From an uncultured Acidobacteriota bacterium (GTDB taxonomy: Bacteria; Acidobacteriota; Thermoanaerobaculia; UBA5066; DATFVB01): a stretch of 64,000 nt of DNA. The notes below the pieces were generated by a model that had not been told where the DNA came from, did no database searches, and was given only the letters and a program-made list of their open reading frames with translations. Below are positions 57,681-64,000 of the stretch, in pieces; position 1 is the first letter of the stretch, and the number at the start of each line of letters is the position of its first letter. A program made the position numbers and the translations under genes. The stretch is taken from contig CAWEYG010000001.1 in NCBI GenBank assembly GCA_963813155.1, forward strand, positions 640,001-704,000, read 5' to 3'.

Positions 57681-57950
57681 TCAGCGGCTGGGCTGCTCGA
57701 GCGCGTCGATCGCGATGTACCGCCCGCGGCGTCCGCGGTCGCGGAACCGGACGACGCCCGGAATCTTCGCGAAGAGCGTGTCGTCCTTGCCGCGGCCCAC
57801 GTTTTCGCCGGGCTGGAATTTCGTCCCGCGCTGCCGGACGAGAATGGACCCTCCCGTGACCGTCTCGCCGCCGAACGCCTTGACGCCGAGGCGCTGCGAA
57901 TTCGAGTCGCGGCCGTTGCGGGAAGAACCCTGGCCTTTCTTGTGTGCCAT
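57681..57950 (-). CDS. rpmA: 50S ribosomal protein L27
   Basis: [22 protein letters not shown]...RQRGT. Confidence 0.98.
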   Translation of the reverse strand: MAHKKGQGSSRNGRDSNSQRLGVKAFGGETVTGGSILVRQRGTKFQPGENVGRGKDDTLFAKIPGVVRFRDRGRRGRYIAIDALEQPSR

Positions 57951-57953
57951 GGC

Positions 57954-58274
57954 TTACCCCTCGATTCCGTCGATTCGGACTTCGACGAGCTGCTGGCGGT
58001 GGCCCTTCGTCCGCCGGTACTGCTTGGTCCGTTTCTTTTTGAAAATGAGAACTTTGCGGCTCTTCAAAGACGCGAGCACCGTCGCGCGAACCGAGACCCC
58101 GCTCAGATGGGGAACGCCGGAGCGAAAACTGTCGCCGTCGGCGACGAAGGCCACTTCGTTGAACGTGATCACGTCGCCCTTCGAGACCTGCTCGTGAGCG
58201 ACCTTCTCGATCCGGACGACGTCGCCCGGGCTGACCTTCACCTGTTTCCCGCCGGTTGACACGATGGCGTACAT
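57954..58274 (-). CDS. rplU: 50S ribosomal protein L21
   Basis: MYAIVSTGGKQ...KGHRQ; GGGAGGAG RBS. Confidence 0.97.
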   Translation of the reverse strand: MYAIVSTGGKQVKVSPGDVVRIEKVAHEQVSKGDVITFNEVAFVADGDSFRSGVPHLSGVSVRATVLASLKSRKVLIFKKKRTKQYRRTKGHRQQLVEVRIDGIEG

Positions 58275-58302
58275 GACTCTCCTCCCAGAACGAAAGCGGG
58301 TA

Positions 58303-58330
58303 ATCTTACCAAGAGTTTGCACCATGTCAA
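58303..58330 (-). promoter_or_regulatory. Sigma-70 promoter of the rplU operon
   Basis: TTGACA-16 nt-TAAGAT with an extended TG element. Confidence 0.75.
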
Positions 58331-58405
58331 GTCCGAGCCCGACCGGGCGGCTTAAGCTTCTCCGAACTTGCGCCGCGAAGCCTCTGCGCTGAGGATAATG
58401 GGCCA

Positions 58406-58897
58406 GTGGCACCCGACTCCCGAATCGACCGCCGGAGCCTCCTGGGTTTCCTGACCGGAGGGCTCGCGGCAGCGATCGCGGGAACGGTCTCGGCCGTTTT
58501 CTGCCGCTACCTCGCCGGCAGCGCGTCGGCCCAGGGGCTCGAAGGAACGGCTCCCGTATCGCTCGGAAAGCTCTCCGACTGGCCCGCGGGAAGAGACCCC
58601 GTTCCGCAGACCGTGTCCTTCCTGGAGCGGGACGGCTATTCCCGCGAGACGAGGCGAGAGCGGGTCTTCCTGGTCCGCGACGGGTCCGGAGCGGCCGTTT
58701 TTTCGGCTACCTGCACTCACCTCGGTTGCGCGGTCGCCTGGGACGCAGGCTCGCAAACGTTTCGGTGCCCGTGCCACGGCGGCGTGTACGGAATCGACGG
58801 ACGAGTCGTGTCCGGCCCTCCTCCGCGGCCTCTCCGGAGGCTTCCCATCGAAATCCGCGACGGAGAGGTTTTCGTTCGCCCGTCGGAGCTCGCGTGA
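58406..58897 (+). CDS. Rieske iron-sulfur subunit of a cytochrome bc complex
   Basis: Tat-like DRRSLL plus TM; CTHLGC and CPCHGG; GPPPRPL. Confidence 0.93.
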   Translation: MAPDSRIDRRSLLGFLTGGLAAAIAGTVSAVFCRYLAGSASAQGLEGTAPVSLGKLSDWPAGRDPVPQTVSFLERDGYSRETRRERVFLVRDGSGAAVFSATCTHLGCAVAWDAGSQTFRCPCHGGVYGIDGRVVSGPPPRPLRRLPIEIRDGEVFVRPSELA

Positions 58898-60273
58898 AGC
58901 GATTCCTCGAGCAGTTCGACGCGCGGACGGGAGCGATCACCGCGCTTCGAGCGTTCTTTCGGAACCCCACACCCTCCCGGGGCGGCTGGCTCTTCACGCT
59001 CGGCTCGGTCGCCCTCTTTCTCGTCCTGCTCCAGTTCGGAACCGGCGCTCTCCTCGCGATCGCGTACGCACCCACTCCCGACCACGCCCGGGCGAGCGTC
59101 TGGTTCGTCGAGAAACGGATGCCGGCCGGGTCGCTCGTGCGCGGCCTTCATTCCTGGGGCGCGTCCCTGCTCGTCGTGATCGCGCTCGCCCACCTGTTCC
59201 GCGTGCTGTACCACGGTTCCTACAAGGACCCGAGGCGCGAGAACTGGTGGATCGGCCTGGCGCTCCTCGCGGTCATCCTCGCTTTCGCGTTCACGGGATA
59301 TCTCCTTCCGTGGGACCAGAAGGGGTACTGGGCGACCGTCGTGGGCGTCCGGATCGCGGCGATCGTGCCCGGAGTCGGCCCGGCGCTCGCGCGACTCCTC
59401 TCGGGAGGGGGACGCGTCGGTGCCTCGGCGTTGACGAGGTTCGCGACGGTTCACTTCGTCGTTCTTCCGGCCGTCGCCGCGGCCCTCGTCCTTCCCCACC
59501 TGCTGCTCCTGCGACGCCACGGGCACGCCGGCCTCCCCGGCGACGACTCCCCGCGGGAGCCGTTCTTCCCGAACCAGACCGCCCGCGACGCGGCGGCGAT
59601 CGCCATCGTGTTCGGCCTTCTTCTCGCGCTAGCGCATTTCTCCCCCGCGCCTCTCGAGGCGACGGCCGATCCGTCGGACTCGGGATACGTTCCGCGTCCC
59701 GACTGGTACTTCCTGTCTCTTTTTCAGCTGCTCCACTATTTCCCGGGCCGGACGGCCGTCGTCGGCGCCGTCCTGATCCCCGGCGGGATCGCGCTCCTGC
59801 TCTTCGCGCTTCCGTTTCTGGATCGGGCTCCGGGACGCGAGCCGAAGCCGCGCCGCGTCTGGATCGCCCTTGGCGCCGCGATTTTCGCGGGAGCGGGCGT
59901 CCTGACGGGCTTCGCGGTCATCGAACAGCCGGCATCCTCCCGCCTCGCCACGGCGGAGCCTCCCCCGCCGCCGCTCGCGTTCGGTTCCGCGGACCTGCGC
60001 AACTACGACGTGTCGTCGCTTCCGACGGCCATCGCGCACGGCGGAAGGCTCATCGCGACGAAGAAATGCCTCGAATGCCACCTCGTCAACGGAGACGGAA
60101 ACGGCAAGGGGATCGAGCTGAAGCACGTCGCCGAACGGCGGACGCGCGACTGGCTCATCGCGCACTTCAAGGACCCGCAGGACCTCGTCCCGCACTCGAA
60201 GATGCCGCCCTACGACGACCTCCCGGAGCGCGACCTGCAGGACATCGCGAGCTACCTGCTCGCACTGCCGTAG
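58894..60273 (+). CDS. Cytochrome b/b6 + subunit IV + monoheme cytochrome c fusion
   Basis: RGLHSWGA..AH, GYLLPWDQ..YW, HF...PH, PDWY, C-terminal CLECH...MP. Confidence 0.9.
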   Translation: MKRFLEQFDARTGAITALRAFFRNPTPSRGGWLFTLGSVALFLVLLQFGTGALLAIAYAPTPDHARASVWFVEKRMPAGSLVRGLHSWGASLLVVIALAHLFRVLYHGSYKDPRRENWWIGLALLAVILAFAFTGYLLPWDQKGYWATVVGVRIAAIVPGVGPALARLLSGGGRVGASALTRFATVHFVVLPAVAAALVLPHLLLLRRHGHAGLPGDDSPREPFFPNQTARDAAAIAIVFGLLLALAHFSPAPLEATADPSDSGYVPRPDWYFLSLFQLLHYFPGRTAVVGAVLIPGGIALLLFALPFLDRAPGREPKPRRVWIALGAAIFAGAGVLTGFAVIEQPASSRLATAEPPPPPLAFGSADLRNYDVSSLPTAIAHGGRLIATKKCLECHLVNGDGNGKGIELKHVAERRTRDWLIAHFKDPQDLVPHSKMPPYDDLPERDLQDIASYLLALP

Positions 60274-60399
60274 ACGCCCGGCGATGCATCGCGCGAATAC
60301 GGGCGCGTGGCGTCCGGGGTACGTCGGACGGAAACCTCCCGGGTAAGCCGGAGTCGCGACACCGAAACGTCAAACAACTAGCTCAAACAGGAGTCAGAC

Positions 60400-62699
60400 T
60401 TGAACCGAAAACCACGCTCCGAGAATCCAAAGGCCAGCCTTCAAGGGAGCGCCTCGCCTTGCAGGAATTCCTCAAGGAAATCCCACCCTCGGCCGGCGAA
60501 AGGCTGGAGCGATCTCCGCGTGACCACCTATTCTCCGGCGCCGCGAGCTTGCCGGATCGATCGACTCCGCGAAATGGGAGCCCAGGTGCGAGTCACCTAT
60601 GAAACGAAGAACACACGCCTTCACGCGAAGGCGTGGTTGTTTCATAGAAGCACGGGGTATTCGACCGCGTACATCGGGTCTTCGAACCTCTCACGTTCAG
60701 CCTTGCTCGATGGTCTCGAATGGAATGTGCGGCTTTCCCAAATTGAAACCCCGGCGATCCTGCAGAAGTTCGAAGGTGTCTTCGAAAGCTACTGGGCAAG
60801 CCCCGATTTTGAAGAGTACGACACGGGTCGCGACGCGACCCGCTTCGACAGGGCCATTTCCAGCGCATTTTCGAGCGGCGCGGAGGTGCTCCCGCTCTCG
60901 CTCGATATCAACCCTTACCCGTTTCAAACGGAAATTCTCGAGAGAATCGAAACCGAACGGATTCGCCACGACCGTCATCGAAATCTCGTCGTGGCCGCGA
61001 CGGGAACTGGCAAAACCATCGTCGCGGCGTTGGACTTCAAACGGCTTCGCCGAAGCCTTGGCAATCCAAGCCTCCTTTACGTTGCCCATCGAAAGGAAAT
61101 CCTGACCCAAGCTCTTCAGACTTTTCGGACAGTCCTCAGAGATGGAATCTTCGGTGAACTCTACGTCGACGGGAGTCGCCCTGAAGAAGGCCGACATATC
61201 TTCGCGTCGGTACAGTCACTGGCCCAAGTCCCGCTTGCCCAGCTTCCCCCGAAGTCGTTCGACATCGTGATCATCGACGAGTTTCACCACGCGGCGGCGC
61301 CCACGTACGAACGACTGCTCAATCATTTTGAACCGAGAGAACTTATCGGCCTTACTGCGACACCCGAGCGGGCTGACGGACGCAGCGTGTTGGACTGGTT
61401 CGGCGGTCGTATCGCAGCAGAACTTCGCCTCTGGGAGGCCTTGGAACGGGGCCTCTTATGCCCGTTCCAATATTTCGGCGTTGCCGATGGGACGGACCTC
61501 TCGGGCGTCGCCTGGACACGCGGCGGATATCAGGACTCCGAGCTTGAGAACCTCTACACAGCCAACGACGCACGTGTTCGCCTGGTCTCAGAACCGCGAA
61601 CGGGCCGACAAGATGCGTCTGGGCTGCGTGAGTATCGCACGCTTTCAGCGAGGAATTCAACGAATCGGAATTCAACCTTCGCTGCGGGCGGAAGGGGAGA
61701 CAGGAGGAAGTCAACGTCATCTTCACGGTTGATCTATTCAATGGCGGTCGATCTTCCGGAGATCGACACCGTTCTTTTTCTCCGACCGACCGAGAGTAGT
61801 ACGGTGTTCCTGCAGCAGCTCGGTCGCGGCCTGAGGCGCCGGACGAAAAGGATTGCTTTCGCCCGAGGAAGTCAGACTCGTCGACGAGTCGAGCTGGCTC
61901 AGTTGGCGTCGCCTCGCAAAATCGTGCTCGACAACGCCGGGCCTCGGACGGCACTCGACTCCTGCAACACGCCACCGCACGCCTTCTGACGAAGTGAAGC
62001 AGGGGAAAGGGTGGGGCGCCTCCTCCGATTGGACGACAGGAAGAGGTAGTGCCTTCCGGATTCTTTTCCAGCGAAGGTCCACTCCGGAGGCGATGACTAT
62101 CACCGGCGCATGTTGATCGGCCTGCATTTTGAGGCCATCCGGAGTGAGCTGCTCCACTTCGACCTCCTTGACGCCGACGCAAACCACGTAACGATTCCCT
62201 TGACTTCGGAATTGGGCTGGAATCACCCGGTTCCGCTTTCCGTTCATGGCACCTACTCACTCAACGAGATCAGCGCCGCCTTCGGAAAACTCAGCCCGGA
62301 ACACCCGGATCGAATCCGGGAGGGCCTCTTCTTTGACGAAACAACAAAGTCCGACGTGTTTTTCGTAACGCTCGAAAAGTCTGAAACTCGCTATTCCCCG
62401 TCGACGAGGTATCGCGACTACGCGATCTCACGTGAGCTGTTTCACTGGCAATCTCAGAGTACGACCTCGGAGAGCTCGGCCACGGGCAACGCTTCATCCA
62501 CCACCGCGACCGGCGCTCAAACATCTTTCTCTGCGTCCGCCGAACTCCGAAAGATGATCAGCGAACGTCCCCGTACGTATTTCTTGGACCAGCGGACTAC
62601 GTCAGCCACTCGGGTGAACGCCCGATCTCTTTCGTGTGGAGACTTCGCCGCCCCGCCCCGGTCGATTTCTTCGAAGAATTCCAGCTGGCGGCGAGCTAG
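60400..62699 (+). pseudogene. Decayed PLD-nuclease / SF2 (ResIII-type) helicase / DUF3427 gene
   Basis: LHAKAW..GSSN, ATGTGKT, DEFHH, GLTATPER, LRPTES.TVFLQQLGRGLR, YRDYAIS.ELFHWQSQS. Many short deletions, missing 5' end, visibly lower GC. Confidence 0.8.
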
Positions 62700-62712
62700 A
62701 AGCTCGAGCCCT

Positions 62713-63347
62713 CTACTCCTTCGGCGTCGGGGAACGTTCTCGAACGTGAGTACGGCGCCGGGCGCGATCTTTTCCTTCGCGGCGGCGCCGTCGGGGATTT
62801 CCAGCACGAACAGCGATTTCTCTTTCGGGCCGTACGTGGGGCACGGGTCGTCCTTGCACGGCGGCGTGTGCGCGTTGACGTAGATCACCTTGCGGTCCGG
62901 GTCCATCCAGACGATGTCGATCGGGAAGTTGCAGTTCTTCATCCAGAAGCCCTCGACCGACGGCGAGGGAAAGAGAAACAGCATCCCCCGTCCCGGCGCG
63001 AGGCTCTCGCGAAACATCAGCCCCTGCGCGCGCGACTCGGGGGTCGACGCGATCTCGACGGCGTAGCGGGCGCCCGAGGGGGTGACGACGGCCGGGCCGG
63101 CCTCCGGCGGTTTGCTCTCGCGGCCACCCGCCGGGGAGCAGGAGAGGGAGAGGGCGGCAAATAGAAGCGCCAGAACCGACCCGAAGTGATTCCCACTGGT
63201 TGGATGGGGCGCGGCGAGACGCGAGCCAGGCGGGATGCGGGCCGTCCGAGACGCCCGAGGCGTACTGAGGCAAGTACGCCGCAGGGCGGCGCGGGCGGCA
63301 CGCGCCCGCATCGCTCGATGTATCGCCGCGCCGGCGAAGGGTCTCAC
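62713..63347 (-). CDS. DUF192 family lipoprotein (start and stop uncertain)
   Basis: VEIA.T...[10 protein letters not shown]....GMLFLF...FWMKN..FPIDI...CP.Y....FVLEI..G; lipobox LSC. Confidence 0.85.
63208..63332. repeat. Long nested palindromic element (family C)
   Basis: GGCGCGGCGA/TCGCCGCGCC, GATGCGGGC/GCCCGCATC and GGCGTACT/AGTACGCC nested stems. Confidence 0.8.
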
Positions 63348-64000
63348 ACTCCCTCCGCGTCGGCCAGAATCTCCTCGCGTTTGAGCAGCCCGTACTTCTT
63401 CGCGTAGTAGCGGAACGACCGGAACGACATGCGCAGCAGCTCCGCCGCCTGCGTCTGGACGCCGCCGGTCCGCTCGAGCGCTTCCTGCATCAGGCGTTTT
63501 CCGACCGTTTCCAGATACTCCTCCAGGTCCAGCCCCTCGGCGGGAAGCGAGCCGAAATCCGGCAGGGCGCCGGAAAACCGCGACGTGATCGAGACGGGCA
63601 GGCTTCGCGACGTGATGACCGGCCCGGCTTCGAGAGCGACCGTGCGCTCGAGCGTGTTCTCGAGCTCCCGCACGTTGCCCGGCCAGGGATAGTTCTCCAG
63701 AAGGCGCATCGCCTCGGCCGAGATGTTCTTCTCCGGGATCTTCTGCTCGCGGCAGATCTTGCGGATGAAGTGCTCCGCGAGAAGCGGAATGTCCTCGATG
63801 CGCGAGCGCAGCGGCGGCAGGGCGATCGGAATCACGTTGACCCGGTAGAAAAGGTCCTCGCGGAACTTGCCCTCGGCGACGGCGGCGGACAGGTCCCGGT
63901 TCGTCGCGACGATGATCCGCGCGTCGACCGCCTGCTCTTCGTTGCCGCCGACCTTGCGAATCGCCTTCTCCTGAAGGACGCGCAGGAGCTTGACCTGCAT
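63344..64000 (-). CDS. Sigma-54-dependent transcriptional activator (NtrC/PilR-like), 5'-partial
   Basis: [33 protein letters not shown]-terminal Fis-type HTH. Confidence 0.93.
   Translation of the reverse strand: MQVKLLRVLQEKAIRKVGGNEEQAVDARIIVATNRDLSAAVAEGKFREDLFYRVNVIPIALPPLRSRIEDIPLLAEHFIRKICREQKIPEKNISAEAMRLLENYPWPGNVRELENTLERTVALEAGPVITSRSLPVSITSRFSGALPDFGSLPAEGLDLEEYLETVGKRLMQEALERTGGVQTQAAELLRMSFRSFRYYAKKYGLLKREEILADAEGV

Overview
High-GC bacterial chromosomal window, about 65-70% GC by eye (not computed). It is a diderm: it encodes an outer-membrane porin and a MacAB-type pump. GWxTD-like and DUF4388 proteins suggest Acidobacteriota (inference). Many genes, including essential holA, carry single-base indels, most likely long-read consensus errors. 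In order, the window holds: the ccmF 3' end; a MacAB-like ABC efflux operon; MerR, DinB, carbonic anhydrase and lpdA; a cardiolipin synthase; two acyl-CoA dehydrogenases; four tandem secreted GWxTD-like paralogs; a ~22 kb phosphate/polyphosphate region (porin-pstSCAB-phoB-phoR, CHAD, phoU, ppx, ppk1 and accessory genes) with six 11-bp-periodic TT(C/T)AC Pho-box-like arrays; a DltXABCD-like envelope-acylation system; the rplU-rpmA-obgE-nadD-rsfS-rlmH-dksA-holA operon; a Rieske/cytochrome b-c complex; a decayed PLD-helicase-DUF3427 gene; DUF192; and a sigma-54 activator. The best candidate for a new system is the Dlt-like module (45371-53467). It uses a fatty acyl-AMP ligase instead of a D-alanine ligase, has a hidden 47-aa DltX-like microprotein ending in FIYQAF, and is split by a vanadium-haloperoxidase-family gene and a fatty-acid desaturase. 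Also notable are palindromic repeats that appear to be translated in frame inside proteins. No tRNA, rRNA, CRISPR array or transposase was seen.
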